DNA of 64,000 bases from Prochlorococcaceae cyanobacterium (GTDB lineage Bacteria > Cyanobacteriota > Cyanobacteriia > PCC-6307 > Cyanobiaceae). The stretch lies in contig JBBASO010000003.1 of assembly GCA_040399265.1 (NCBI GenBank), forward strand, positions 17,040 through 81,039. Reading direction: 5' to 3'. Both the position numbers and the translations under genes were made by a program. Below are positions 28,496-40,700 of the stretch, one piece after another (the first letter of the stretch is position 1; every line of letters starts with the position of its first letter). The notes beneath the pieces are model-generated. The model saw only the letters and a list, made by a program, of their open reading frames with translations. It was not told the DNA's origin and searched no databases.

Positions 28496-28537
28496 GCTGA
28501 ACCCTCGGGATGCATGGCTGAACCCTCGGGATGCGTG
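28496..28537. repeat. 21-nt tandem duplication spanning the start codon of the FAD monooxygenase gene
   Basis: GCTGAACCCTCGGGATGCATG / GCTGAACCCTCGGGATGCGTG, with one mismatch. A third partial copy (GCTGAAC) lies at 28483-28489. Confidence 0.95.
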
Positions 28538-29767
28538 ATCGTGGGTGCCGGACCCAGCGGCGCATGCCTGGCCCTGCATCTGGCCCGCCAGGGCGTGCCG
28601 GTCACCCTGGTGGAAACCACACTCAGCCCTGGTGGCCGCTTTCGCGGTGAAGCACTGATGCCCCATGGTCTTGAGGTGCTGGCAGCAATGGAACTGCTGC
28701 CCCTGCCAGCCCCCATCCCGCAACGGCCCCTGCAGGGCTGGCGCTATGTGGTGAACGGCCACGACTGGTTTCGCCTGAGTGAGCCCCTCGAATCGGGTGT
28801 GGGGCACCCCTGCACCCTGATCAGCCAGCCGGCACTGCTGCAGCACCTGCTCAGCGAGCTGGAGGGGTTTGCCCATGTGTCGCTGCTGCTGGAGCAGTCG
28901 GCCGAAACACTCCTCTGGCAGGGGGACCGGATTGCGGGGGTGCGCCTGAACGACGGCCGGGAGCTGCCCGCCAGGGTGGTGGTGGCCGCCGACGGCCGCG
29001 GCTCTCGGCTGCGGCAGCAGGCTGGCCTGGCGCTGGAGCGGCTGGGCCATGGCTTTGACCTGCTCTGGTTCCAGCTGCAGCAAGCGGATCCAGGCCCGCT
29101 GGCCGGGGAGTTCGTGACGCTGATCGGACCGGCAGGGATCTGCAGCGCCTTCGCTTCAGCCAGCGGCACCGTGCAGGTGGGCTGGGTGCAACCGCAGGGC
29201 AAGCAGCAAGGCCTGGACTGGGCCGAACAGCTCGCGGCTCAGAGCCCCTGCGATCTGGCCCCATGGTGGCGCCAGCAGGCCGAGACCTTCCAGGCGCCCA
29301 TTCGCTGGAGGGTGCAGGTGGGCCATGCCCGCCGCTGGTGGCGGCCCGGCCTGCTGCTGCTGGGTGACGCCGCCCACCCGATGAGTCCGGTGCGGGCGCA
29401 GGGCATCAACCTGGCGCTGCGCGATGCCTGGGTGGCAGGCTGCGAACTGGGAACCTTGTTGCGGGAGCAGACTCCCAACACAGCCCTGGATGCAGCCCTG
29501 GCCCGCATCGAAGCGCAGCGACGGCCGGAGATCAGCAGATTGCAGCGACACCAGGCGGCGGAAACGGTCAAGGGGCTGCTGCTGCTGCGGCAGCCTCAGC
29601 TGCGCAGGCTGGCAGCGGCCTCAGCCCCATGGCTCGGTGCGCTGGTGGCGCAGCGCTGGCGCCACGAGCAGAGGCCGTTCCGCCAGGGAATCAGCACACT
29701 GACCGGGCTGAAAGGGTGCGGTCCTGCAGCGGTCGCCACTCGCCCCAGGGCCTTGCCCCCGCAATGA
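28514..29767 (+). CDS. FAD-dependent monooxygenase (UbiH/PheA-like)
   Basis: IVGAGPSGACLAL dinucleotide-binding motif, DGRGSRLR and LLGDAAHPMSPVRAQGINL motifs. GTG at 28535 is an alternative start. Confidence 0.85.
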   Translation: MAEPSGCVIVGAGPSGACLALHLARQGVPVTLVETTLSPGGRFRGEALMPHGLEVLAAMELLPLPAPIPQRPLQGWRYVVNGHDWFRLSEPLESGVGHPCTLISQPALLQHLLSELEGFAHVSLLLEQSAETLLWQGDRIAGVRLNDGRELPARVVVAADGRGSRLRQQAGLALERLGHGFDLLWFQLQQADPGPLAGEFVTLIGPAGICSAFASASGTVQVGWVQPQGKQQGLDWAEQLAAQSPCDLAPWWRQQAETFQAPIRWRVQVGHARRWWRPGLLLLGDAAHPMSPVRAQGINLALRDAWVAGCELGTLLREQTPNTALDAALARIEAQRRPEISRLQRHQAAETVKGLLLLRQPQLRRLAAASAPWLGALVAQRWRHEQRPFRQGISTLTGLKGCGPAAVATRPRALPPQ

Positions 29768-29813
29768 TGGTGGTCGCTCTCTCCTGAACAGGCGCCCTGC
29801 CAGCCTGCCGCCG

Positions 29814-30266
29814 ATGGTCACCGATTCCGTCCAGTCCCGCCGCACGGCCAGCGCGCTGATCTCGCTGGCCGGGATCGTTCTGCTGGCCACGTCATCCGGC
29901 CTGCGGCCAGCCAGAGCGGGCCAGGAGCCGATTTACCCCAGCCAGGAGCAGCTGCGTCAGCTGCAGCTGCTCACCTTCAGCTGCGCCCGTGACAACCGGG
30001 CCGTGGCCTGCGACCAGGCCCGGGGCCAGGCCGACCCACTGCTCGATCACCCCCGCCTGCCGGGCAGCTGCAAGGACGCCCTGTGGCAGATCCGGGAGCA
30101 GGCCGTGGTGGCACCGATCAACAGCTTCGAGCGACGGGACCGGCTCGATCGGGTAGCAGTGCAGATGCTGCGTAGCTGTAAGGCCGGCAGCCGGCCAGCA
30201 GCGCCAGGAGGTGGCCAGAGCGAGCAGAAACGACAGGGCGGCTTCGGGCTCGTGCCCTCCAACTGA
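29814..30266 (+). CDS. Secreted 4-Cys hypothetical protein (150 aa)
   Basis: Signal peptide ..LLATSSGLRPARA/GQE. Mature part contains C-x8-C-DQAR-GQADP-x11-C. Confidence 0.6.
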   Translation: MVTDSVQSRRTASALISLAGIVLLATSSGLRPARAGQEPIYPSQEQLRQLQLLTFSCARDNRAVACDQARGQADPLLDHPRLPGSCKDALWQIREQAVVAPINSFERRDRLDRVAVQMLRSCKAGSRPAAPGGGQSEQKRQGGFGLVPSN

Positions 30267-30302
30267 ACCGCTGGCATCTGCCGTCTGATTGCAGAAGCCT
30301 GA

Positions 30303-30722
30303 TCAGCGTTTCGAGGCAGCGGCGGGCCTGGGCTCGATCAGCTGGAGCAGCTCCCGCGCCGTGGCCTCCATGAACGACACCGACCAGCTCAGCTGCACCA
30401 CGGCCCGCTCCGCCAGGGCACAGGCTGGATCGGCCTGGCCAGGAACTGCCTCACAGCTGGCAGAAAGCCCCAACAACGCATTCGTGAGTTTGCCCCGCAG
30501 GCAGCTTTCCGCACCGGCGCGGGCCAGCACCGCTTCCGCCGCCGCCCGAGAGCGGGCCAGCGCCTCGGCATAGGGCAAGGCCCGGGCAGAGCCCTGCACA
30601 GCAGCGACGGCAGGCAGACCAGGGCCAGAGAGCAGCAGTGCGGCCACTGCCGCGAACCGGCGGGAGCGGCAGCAGGCACGTTGGCCAGAAACGGGCAGTT
30701 CTTTGCACACGGCGTTGACCAT
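30303..30722 (-). CDS. Secreted Cys-containing hypothetical protein (139 aa), distant paralog of 29814-30266
   Basis: RSRRFAAVAALLLSGPGLPAVAA signal-like N-terminus. Mature part contains C-x15-C-EAVP-GQADP-x-C, then ERAVV. Confidence 0.55.
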   Translation of the reverse strand: MVNAVCKELPVSGQRACCRSRRFAAVAALLLSGPGLPAVAAVQGSARALPYAEALARSRAAAEAVLARAGAESCLRGKLTNALLGLSASCEAVPGQADPACALAERAVVQLSWSVSFMEATARELLQLIEPRPAAASKR

Positions 30723-30761
30723 CAGCGGGGCGACGCTGCAATAAGCACAGCTTCAACGTAG

Positions 30762-32465
<1,704 letters not shown>

Positions 32466-32470
32466 TGGGA

Positions 32471-32776
32471 TCAACCGGATGGGCGATCACGGCGGCCACT
32501 CCTGCTGCCGTGGCCGCGGTACGCAGGGTCTGGACTGGTCATTTGCAGCTGTCGCACGGCTTCGATGGACAGACCAGCCAGCAGGCCGAAGCCTGACAGC
32601 AGCACCAGAAGCCAGGATTGAGCCGACGGGGTGATCTGCGCGGGAGTGCTGGCGACAAGCCGACGAAGCAATTGGGCCGCGCCCAGGCCGATGGCTGCCC
32701 CGATCAGACCCACGACAACGATCTGGCGTCCCCTGAAGGGGGCCTGAGTCTGGGAATGGCGAGGCGGCTCAGCCAT
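32471..32776 (-). CDS. Small 2-TM protein coupled to RND pump 1 (101 aa)
   Basis: ATG lies 3 nt after the RND stop (TGA-GCC-ATG). Arg-rich N-terminus, two TM helices and an EAVRQLQMT tail. Paralog at 37474-37755. Confidence 0.6.
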   Translation of the reverse strand: MAEPPRHSQTQAPFRGRQIVVVGLIGAAIGLGAAQLLRRLVASTPAQITPSAQSWLLVLLSGFGLLAGLSIEAVRQLQMTSPDPAYRGHGSRSGRRDRPSG

Positions 32777-32779
32777 GGC

Positions 32780-35700
32780 TCAGAGGGACTCCTCCGCAGG
32801 TGAAGGGGCCGTGAGCTGCTTCAGCACCACATAGAAGGCCGGCACCACCAGAAGCGACAGCACCGTGGCCAGGGTTAGGCCGCCGAACACCACCGTGCCC
32901 AGGGAGGCCTGGCTGCGGGCCCCGGCGCCACTGGCCAGCACCAGCGGCAGAAAGCCGAACAGGGAGGAGATGGCTGTCATCAGGATCGGCCGGAAGCGGG
33001 AGCTGGCCGCCTCTCGGGCCGCTTCGAGCGGGGAGCGGCCCTCCGCCATGCGCTGGTTGGCCAGATCCACGATCAGAATGCCGTTCTTGGCCGCCAGAGC
33101 AATCAGCATCACCAACCCCACCTGGGCATAGATGTTGAGCACCTCCTGACGCAGAGCCAGAAACAGCAGAGCCCCGAGCATGGCGGTGGGCACCGTCATC
33201 AGGATGATCAGGGGATCGGTGTAGCTCTCGTACTGAGCCGCCAGCACCATGTACACCACCACGATGCCCAGGGAGAACACAACCACCGCCAAGGCACCGG
33301 CCTTGATCTCCTCGCGGGAGATGCCGGTCCAGTCGGAGCCGATCGACGGCTGATCCAGCTGCTCGAACAGACCTCGAATCGTGTTGATCGCCTCACCCGA
33401 GCTCACACCGGGCGCAGCCAGGCCTTCCACTCTGATGCTTCTGAACAGGTTGAAGCGAGGAATCAGGGAAGGGCCTGACTGCTGCTCCAGCTGGATGAAC
33501 TCCGATAACGGCACCGGCCGACCGGAGCGGTCGTTGACCGTGAGGGCCGCCAGCTGGTCGGGGCTCGAGCGCCGGTCGGCGTCAGCCTGCACGAACACGC
33601 GCCGCACCCGGCCCTCATCGAAGGTGTCATTCACGAACAGGCCGCCGATATTCAGGCTGATGGCCCGCATCGCCGCCCCGTAATCCACATTGAGGGCCGC
33701 CATCCTGTCGCGGTCAACGCTGACCTTCAGTTGAGGCGCCTCCGGTGAGAACTGGGTGAACACCCGCTGAAAGCGGCCGCTGGCATTGGCGGCTCCCACC
33801 AGCCGGTTGGCCACCGCCGCGAAGTCGCCCAGGCTGAGGCCGCCGCTGCTCTGATCAAGCAGTTGCAGCTCAAAACCGCCGCCGGTGCCGTAGCCGGGGA
33901 TCGCCGGCAACTCCTGCACCACGACCCTGGCCTCCTGGATCGGTGCCAGCTTGGCGTTCAGCCTGGCCACGATTGCCCCCAGGCTCTGCTCAGCGGCAGG
34001 GCGCTCATCCCAGGGCTTGACGCCGAAGAAGAAAAAGCCCCGGTTCGGGCTGTTGCCATCGAAGCTGGCGCCACTGAAAAGGGCCGCGCTCTCGATGTCG
34101 GGCTCACTGCGCAACACCTCCGCCACGCGGGCATTCACGGCCCGGGTCCGGGCCAGGGGCTGGCCGTCCGCCAGCTGCACGATACCGATGGCGTAGCCCT
34201 GGTCCTCGATCGGCACGAAGCCTGTCGGCATGGCGGTGAACGCGAAGCCGGTGAGCACCACGCCCGCCACCAGACCCGCCAGCACCATCTTTCGATGGCT
34301 GAGGCTGGCATCCAGCAGGCGTCGGTAACCAGCCTGAACGCTGCCATAGCCGCTGTTGAAGGCGGCGAAGATCCAGGGGGTGGCCCAGCCGAACAGCGCG
34401 CCGATCAGACCGAAGATCACAACGGGCCAGGGTTCGATCCCTGGCACGGCGACCAGCGCCACAACCAGTCCCCCCAGGGCGAAGGGCAGGCGCAGGGGCA
34501 GCCGGGTGAGCAGCGCCAGGCCGAAACCCACCACGGCTCCCACCACCAGGGCGAACAGGGCCGGCACCACTCCGCTGCCGCCCAGCAGCAGGCCATAGAT
34601 CAGACCGATGAAGCCCCCGGCGATGGCGTAGGTGCGGCGGGTGGGAGGCGCCTGATCCCGGGCCAGCAAAAGGGCCGAGAGCATGGGCGAGAAGGTGAGG
34701 GCGTTAAAGGTGGAGATCGCCACCGAAAACAGAATGGTGGCCGCGAACTGCTTGTAGATCGTGCCTGTGGCACCGGGAAAGAACAGCACCGGCACGAACA
34801 CGGCCAGGAGCACCAGGGAGGTGGCGATCACGGCCCCAAACAGGTCATCCATCGTGGACCGCGCGGCATCGAGGGCCGACAGCCCCGAGGCCTTCTTGGT
34901 GGCCGTGTCCTCCACCACGGTGATGGCGTCATCCACCACCAGGCCCGTGGCCAGCACCAGGCCGAAGAGGGTGAGCTGATTGAGGGAGAAGCCAAACGCC
35001 TTCACGAAGGCGAAGGTGCCCACCAGCGCCACCGGGATGGCAATCGCCGGCACCAAAGTGGCCTTCCAGTCCTGCAGGAAGAGGAACAGCACCAGCACCA
35101 CCAGCACCACTGCATCACGCAGCGCACTGCTCACCCCCTGAATCGAGGCATTGATGAAATCGGTGGAGTCGATGATCAGCTCCATGGTCATGCCCACCGG
35201 CATGAGCGGTTCGAACTCGGCCAACACCTGCTTCACCCCGCGCGACACATCCAAGGCATTGCTGCCACTGAGCTGGTAGATCGCCATGCCCACCGAGGGC
35301 ACACCACGCAGGTCGGTGGCCTCCACGTCAAACGACTCCCCCCCCAGAGTCACCCGACCCACATCGCGCAAACGCAGCAGGCCGCCATTGGAGCTGGAGC
35401 GCAGGATCAGGTTCTCGAAATCCTCCACGCTGGTGAGCCGCCCCTGCAGTTGCACCGAGAGGGTGTACTGCTGATCCGGTGGCGCTGGCGCGCCACCGAT
35501 CTGGCCCGCAGGCACCAGCCGGTTCTGGCTGCGCACCGCCGTCACCACGTCGTCGGCACTGAGACCATTGGCCGTGAGGCGGGCGGGATCGAGCCAGAGG
35601 CGGTACGCCAGTTCGCGGTTGCCGAAATAGGTGAGGCTGCCCACCCCCGGCACTCGGCGGATCGCATCGGTAAGGTTCTGATCCAGTAGGCCGCTGATCG

Positions 35701-36169
35701 TCTCCACGCTGTAGGGATTGGCGGCATCTTCACTGCTGAAGTTGACCACCAGCAGAATTGAGGTGGAGGCCTGGTTCACGGTCACGCCGGCCTGGCGCAC
35801 CTCCTCGGGCAGCCGGGGCTGGGCCAGCGACACCCGGTTCTGCACGTTCACCTGATTGATGTCGCGGTTACTGCCGCTGGCAAAGAACACCGTGATGTTG
35901 CTGGTGCCGTCCGCGCCGCTGGTGGAGGTGAGGAACTCCATGTTCTCCACCCCGTTGATCTGCTGCTCCAGCACACTCGTCACCCCCTGCTCCACGCTCA
36001 CCGCGTCGGCACCCACATAGCGGGAGCGCACGTTCACCGTGGGCGGGGCGATGTCGGGCAGGCTCTCGATCGGCAGCAGGGGCAGAGCGATCAACCCGAC
36101 AAACACCACCAGCAGGCTGCACACCGTGGTGAGCACGGGGCGAACGATGAATCGGTTGGAGGGCGACAT
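32780..36169 (-). CDS. RND efflux transporter permease (AcrB/HAE-type), copy 1
   Basis: 1129 aa, 12-TM plus two large periplasmic loops. N-terminus [41 protein letters not shown] motif in TM4. Confidence 0.93.
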   Translation of the reverse strand: MSPSNRFIVRPVLTTVCSLLVVFVGLIALPLLPIESLPDIAPPTVNVRSRYVGADAVSVEQGVTSVLEQQINGVENMEFLTSTSGADGTSNITVFFASGSNRDINQVNVQNRVSLAQPRLPEEVRQAGVTVNQASTSILLVVNFSSEDAANPYSVETISGLLDQNLTDAIRRVPGVGSLTYFGNRELAYRLWLDPARLTANGLSADDVVTAVRSQNRLVPAGQIGGAPAPPDQQYTLSVQLQGRLTSVEDFENLILRSSSNGGLLRLRDVGRVTLGGESFDVEATDLRGVPSVGMAIYQLSGSNALDVSRGVKQVLAEFEPLMPVGMTMELIIDSTDFINASIQGVSSALRDAVVLVVLVLFLFLQDWKATLVPAIAIPVALVGTFAFVKAFGFSLNQLTLFGLVLATGLVVDDAITVVEDTATKKASGLSALDAARSTMDDLFGAVIATSLVLLAVFVPVLFFPGATGTIYKQFAATILFSVAISTFNALTFSPMLSALLLARDQAPPTRRTYAIAGGFIGLIYGLLLGGSGVVPALFALVVGAVVGFGLALLTRLPLRLPFALGGLVVALVAVPGIEPWPVVIFGLIGALFGWATPWIFAAFNSGYGSVQAGYRRLLDASLSHRKMVLAGLVAGVVLTGFAFTAMPTGFVPIEDQGYAIGIVQLADGQPLARTRAVNARVAEVLRSEPDIESAALFSGASFDGNSPNRGFFFFGVKPWDERPAAEQSLGAIVARLNAKLAPIQEARVVVQELPAIPGYGTGGGFELQLLDQSSGGLSLGDFAAVANRLVGAANASGRFQRVFTQFSPEAPQLKVSVDRDRMAALNVDYGAAMRAISLNIGGLFVNDTFDEGRVRRVFVQADADRRSSPDQLAALTVNDRSGRPVPLSEFIQLEQQSGPSLIPRFNLFRSIRVEGLAAPGVSSGEAINTIRGLFEQLDQPSIGSDWTGISREEIKAGALAVVVFSLGIVVVYMVLAAQYESYTDPLIILMTVPTAMLGALLFLALRQEVLNIYAQVGLVMLIALAAKNGILIVDLANQRMAEGRSPLEAAREAASSRFRPILMTAISSLFGFLPLVLASGAGARSQASLGTVVFGGLTLATVLSLLVVPAFYVVLKQLTAPSPAEESL

Positions 36170-36181
36170 GGCAGGGCCTGC

Positions 36182-37291
36182 TCAGTTCACCTGCACCGGC
36201 GAGCCGTGGCGCAGGTTAAGCAGGTTGGAGGTGATCACCTGCTGAGTGGGAGCCAACCCCCGCAGCACGGGATAACGATTGCGCTGCAGGGGGCCGAGCT
36301 GAACGGGCACCTGCAGCGCAAACCGTCCATCTGCGGGGAGCGCTGCAAGGGCTTTGGCGCTGATCCGGCCGGGCTTGGCCCTGAGCTGCTCCAGGGTGCC
36401 GACCACAAACACGAAACTCTGGCCCGACAGCTGGGTGACAGCCGCAAACGGCACCGACAGCTGGGTGCCGCTGGCCAGCACCAGCCTGGTGCGCGTGCGC
36501 AGCCCGGAGCGCAGATCCCCGCGGGGATTGGGGAACTCCGCCTTCACCAGCAGCGACTGGCTGCTGGCAATGATTCCTGGATCGATGGAGCGCACCTGTC
36601 CCTCAGCCATGGGACGGTTGGTGGCCGGATCCATCAGCACCACCGGCTGCCCCACCTGCACCCGCTCGCCGTAGACGGCCGGCACATCGATGCGAGCCAG
36701 CAGACGGTCGTTGCGAATGATGGAGGTGAAGGGACTGCCGGCCTGAATCACATCACCGGCCTTGACCTGCACATCCCCCACCACGCCGGCGATCGGTGCC
36801 TTCAGATCACGGAACTGCAGATCCGCCTGGCGGGCCACCAACTGCTGGCGTGAGGAGATGTACTGCTGGCGGGCCTGATCGCGGCGCAGGGCCGTTTCCG
36901 CTCCCATCCGCGCCAGCATGTCGAAGCGCTCGAAGTTGATCCGATCGGTTTCGGCCTGAGCCTTGAGCGCCTCCACCTCGGCCCTGAGCTGCACCTGATC
37001 GAGCACCAGCAGCCTCTGCCCCTGGCTCACCTGATCCCCCTGGCGCACCAGCAGCTGTTCGATCCGGCCGGAGGCCTGGGCCGCCAGTGCCACCTCATCG
37101 AGCGCCTCCAGGGTGCTCACTGTGTCCACACTCTGGCTGAACTGGGCCGGCACCACCGGGGCGGCCTGCACCGGGAGTGAACGTTGCTGCGCAACAGGAG
37201 GCCTCGACTGACAAGCCGCTGCCGTGACCACCAGAAGCAGGCTCAGGCCAAGCCCGCCAGCCCTGAAACGTTGCGGCAATGGAGGAATCAT
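36182..37291 (-). CDS. RND periplasmic adaptor (MFP) lipoprotein, copy 1
   Basis: Internal ATG gives MIPPLPQRFRAGGLGLSLLLVVTAAAC (lipobox). Lipoyl/beta-barrel pattern, coiled-coil hairpin. Confidence 0.88.
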   Translation of the reverse strand: MIPPLPQRFRAGGLGLSLLLVVTAAACQSRPPVAQQRSLPVQAAPVVPAQFSQSVDTVSTLEALDEVALAAQASGRIEQLLVRQGDQVSQGQRLLVLDQVQLRAEVEALKAQAETDRINFERFDMLARMGAETALRRDQARQQYISSRQQLVARQADLQFRDLKAPIAGVVGDVQVKAGDVIQAGSPFTSIIRNDRLLARIDVPAVYGERVQVGQPVVLMDPATNRPMAEGQVRSIDPGIIASSQSLLVKAEFPNPRGDLRSGLRTRTRLVLASGTQLSVPFAAVTQLSGQSFVFVVGTLEQLRAKPGRISAKALAALPADGRFALQVPVQLGPLQRNRYPVLRGLAPTQQVITSNLLNLRHGSPVQVN

Positions 37292-37473
37292 GGGGGGGAG
37301 GAGATCAGCGCGAAAACTTGGGGGCCGCAAGATCGGGACCTGGCTTGCTGAATCGGCCGATGGGCAGATCGGGCCGATCGATGACCAACGCAAGAGAACG
37401 ATGACGCAGAAGATGAGCCCCTGTCCCCGTCCGTTGGTGGGTACCCACAGATTTGAGTGACAACGTCCATCCT

Positions 37474-37755
37474 TCAGATCTCCTCCGGCCCTTCAGGTTC
37501 CCCCAGCTGGGTGAGCGCCAGCTGGCGCATGGTTTCGCCCCAGGCTGCACAGCCGGCGGCGCCACTCACCAGGATCAGAGCCTTCAGCAGGGGGATCGGG
37601 CGCAGCGGTTCGCCCGGTATGCGGGTGACGCGATGCACGAGCACCAGCAGCACGCTGGCGGCGACCGTTGCCAGGGCCGCGCTGAGCACAATGCGCCTGC
37701 GGTCGACCCGTTGTTGACGGCCCCTTCGGTAACTGGGTGGATGGGGAAGAGGCAT
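37474..37755 (-). CDS. Small 2-TM protein coupled to RND pump 2 (93 aa)
   Basis: ATG lies 8 nt after the RND stop. Arg-rich N-terminus, two TM helices and an ETMRQLALT tail. Paralog of 32471-32776. Confidence 0.6.
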   Translation of the reverse strand: MPLPHPPSYRRGRQQRVDRRRIVLSAALATVAASVLLVLVHRVTRIPGEPLRPIPLLKALILVSGAAGCAAWGETMRQLALTQLGEPEGPEEI

Positions 37756-37763
37756 CGCTCGGA

Positions 37764-40700
37764 TCAGGCTGGTGGGGGCGTTTCAGGGCCCAGAGGATCA
37801 GAGGCGGCGCTGGCGGGGAACCAGGCAGCCTCCAGCTGCTTCATCAGCACATAGAAGGAGGGCACCACAAACAGGCTCAGCCCCGTAGCCACCAGCAGGC
37901 CACCGAAGATCACGGCTCCGAGCGAGCGCTGGCTGAGGGCTCCGGCGCCGCTGGCCACCAACAAGGGGAAGAAGCCGGCCAATGCCGCCATCGCCGTCAT
38001 CAGGATCGGGCGCAGGCGCGACCTGGCAGCGCCGATCGCCGCATCCGCGGCCGCCATACCCTGCTCCATCCGCTGGTTGGCCAGATCCACGATCAGGATG
38101 CCGTTCTTGGCCGCCAGACCGATCAGCGTCACCAAACCGACCTGGGCGTATACGTTGTTCACCTGGCCGCGCAGCACCAGCAGGGCCAGAGCACCGAGCA
38201 TGGCCAAGGGCACCGTCATCAGGATGATCAGCGGATCGATGTAGCTGCCGTACTGGGCCGAGAGCACCAGATACACCACCACAATCCCGAGCGCGAACAC
38301 CAGGGCCGCCAGGGCCCCGGCCTGCACCTCGGAGCGGGTGAGGGCCGACCAGTCTGAGCCGATGTTGCTGAGATTGAGCTGACGGAAGCTTGCCATCAGA
38401 GTGTCGATCGCCTGACCGCTGCTCCGCCCCATGGCCTCAACGCCCTGGATCAGCACGGTGCGGTAGAGATCAAAGTGGCTGATGATCGGCGGAGCGCTGT
38501 CGAGCCGCACCTTCACCACATTGGTGAGCGGAATCAGCTTGCCGCTGCGATCCGGCACATAGAGATCATTGAGCGACTGCACAACCTCCCGCTTGCTGCC
38601 CTCTGCCTGCACGTAAACCTGGCGGTACTGCTGGTTCTCGTAAGTCTGGTTCACGAAGCTGCCGCCGTTAACAGTGCCGAGCACCTGCATGGCCTGGCCG
38701 TAGTCGATGTTGAGGGAGGCCATCCGGTCGCGGTCTGGCTCCAGGCGCCACACGGGCGCATCGCTGATGAACTGGGTGTAGAGGTTGCCGAAATCGCCCG
38801 TGGCCCTGGCCGCGCCGATCAGCTTGCCCGCCATCTGGGCCAGATCCGTGGGGCTGTAGCCACCATTGCTGAGGTCGTTGAACTGGAACGACAGGCCCCC
38901 CTGGGCACTGAAGCCGGGCACGGCGGCAGGTGACTGGGCCAGCACCAACGCACCGGGGATCTCATGGAACTCCTTATTGAGGCGGGCGATGATCTCCTGG
39001 GCCGACTGGCCCTTGCCGCTGCGCTCATCGATCGGCCGCAGGCCGAAGAAGAACAGGCCCTGGTTGAGCGAGCCTCCGTTGAATCCCGCGCCGCCCACGA
39101 TCTCGCCGGAGATGATCTCCTTCTCCCTGGCGAGGATCGCCTGAGCCTTAGTGGCTACCTCCATGGTGGCCTCGATCGAGGCCTGCGGAGGGAGCTGGAT
39201 GATGCCCAGCCCATAGCCCTGATCCTCGGTGGGCACGAAGCCGGTGGGAATGGCGGTGAAAGCAACCCCGGTGAGCACGATGCCGCCCAGCAGCAGCAGG
39301 GCGACCAGCCGGCGCAGCCGGATCACCTGATTCAAGGCGCGGGCGTAAACCCTGGCCAGACGGTCAAAGCCTGCATTGAAGGCCGTGAAAATCGGCATCA
39401 GGTAGGTGCCCACCAAAGCTCCCAGGCCGCCGAGCACCAGGGAGAGCACCCAGCCGCCGGCCATGGCGCCGTAGATCCCGCCGAAGATGCTGCCGATCAG
39501 GGTCCAGCGCAAACCGCGGGGCTCGGTCTTGCCGCCACCGAGCAGCAGGGCCGACTGCAGCGGCTTGCCGGTGATCGCATTGAAGGTGGACACCACAATC
39601 GAGAACACGATCGTGAGAGCGAACTGGCGGTAGATCACGCCGGTGGCACCGGGGAAGAAGGTCACCGGCACGAACACCGCCAGCAGCACGAGAGCCGTGG
39701 CGAGGATGGCGCCGGTGAGCTCCTTCATGGCATTGGAGGCGGCCCTGAACGGACGGTCTCCGGCTTCGATCCGGGCCGACACCGCCTCCACCACCACGAT
39801 CGCGTCGTCCACCACCAGACCGGTGGCCAGGATGATGCCCAGGAGGGTGAGTTCGTTGATCGAGAACCCGAACACCTTCACGAAGATCAGAGCGCCAAGC
39901 AGGGCGATCGGCAGGGCTAGCGCAGGCACGGCGGTGGCTTTCCAGTCCTGCAGAAACAGGAAGATGATCAGCAGCACAAGCACCACGGCATCGCGCAGGG
40001 CGTCAAGGGCGCCCTCGATCGAGGCGTTGATGAAATCGGTCTGGTCGAACACCTTCTCCAACACGACCCCGGGCGGCAGGGTATTGGTGAAGCTGGTGAG
40101 CACTGCGTCCACGGCCTTGGCGGTGCTGATGGCGTTGCTGCCAGGCAGCTGGATCACACCGAAGCCCACACAGGGATAGCCCGTGCGCGCGTTGACCGCC
40201 TGCTGATTGAAGTTCTGGAAAGCATATTCAGCCCGCCCCACATCGCCCACGCGGATCAGACCGCCATCGGGCCCCTTGGCCAGAATCACATCCTCAAACT
40301 GCTGAACTGTTTCCAGGTTTCCATTCACCAAAATCGGGAATGTGCTGCGGTTGGCACGGGTGGAGGGAGGACCGCCGATGCTGCCAGCGATCACGATCTG
40401 GTTCTGGGATTTGAGGGCCTCAACAACCGCATCAACGCTGAGATTGAAGCGGGCTAGCCGTTGAGGGTCCACCCAGATGCGGAAGGCAGGATTGCTGGCG
40501 CCGAAAATGTTCACCTGCCCCACCCCATCGGCCCTCGTCAGGGGGTAGTAGAGGTTGAGTTGCAGCAGGCCATTGAGATATTCACGGCTAAACTGACCGG
40601 CGGTAGAGGTAAGGTTGTAAACCAGCAGATAGCTGCTGGCCGTCTGCTGCACCGTTACCCCCTGGGCATTAACCTGAGGCGGCAATTGGGGACTGGCGGT

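Noticed and set aside
34431-34440. GGTTCGATCC, a tRNA T-loop-like string.
   Set aside because: It lies inside the RND pump 1 coding region. There is no matching acceptor stem about 65 nt upstream and no CCA-compatible 3-prime end.
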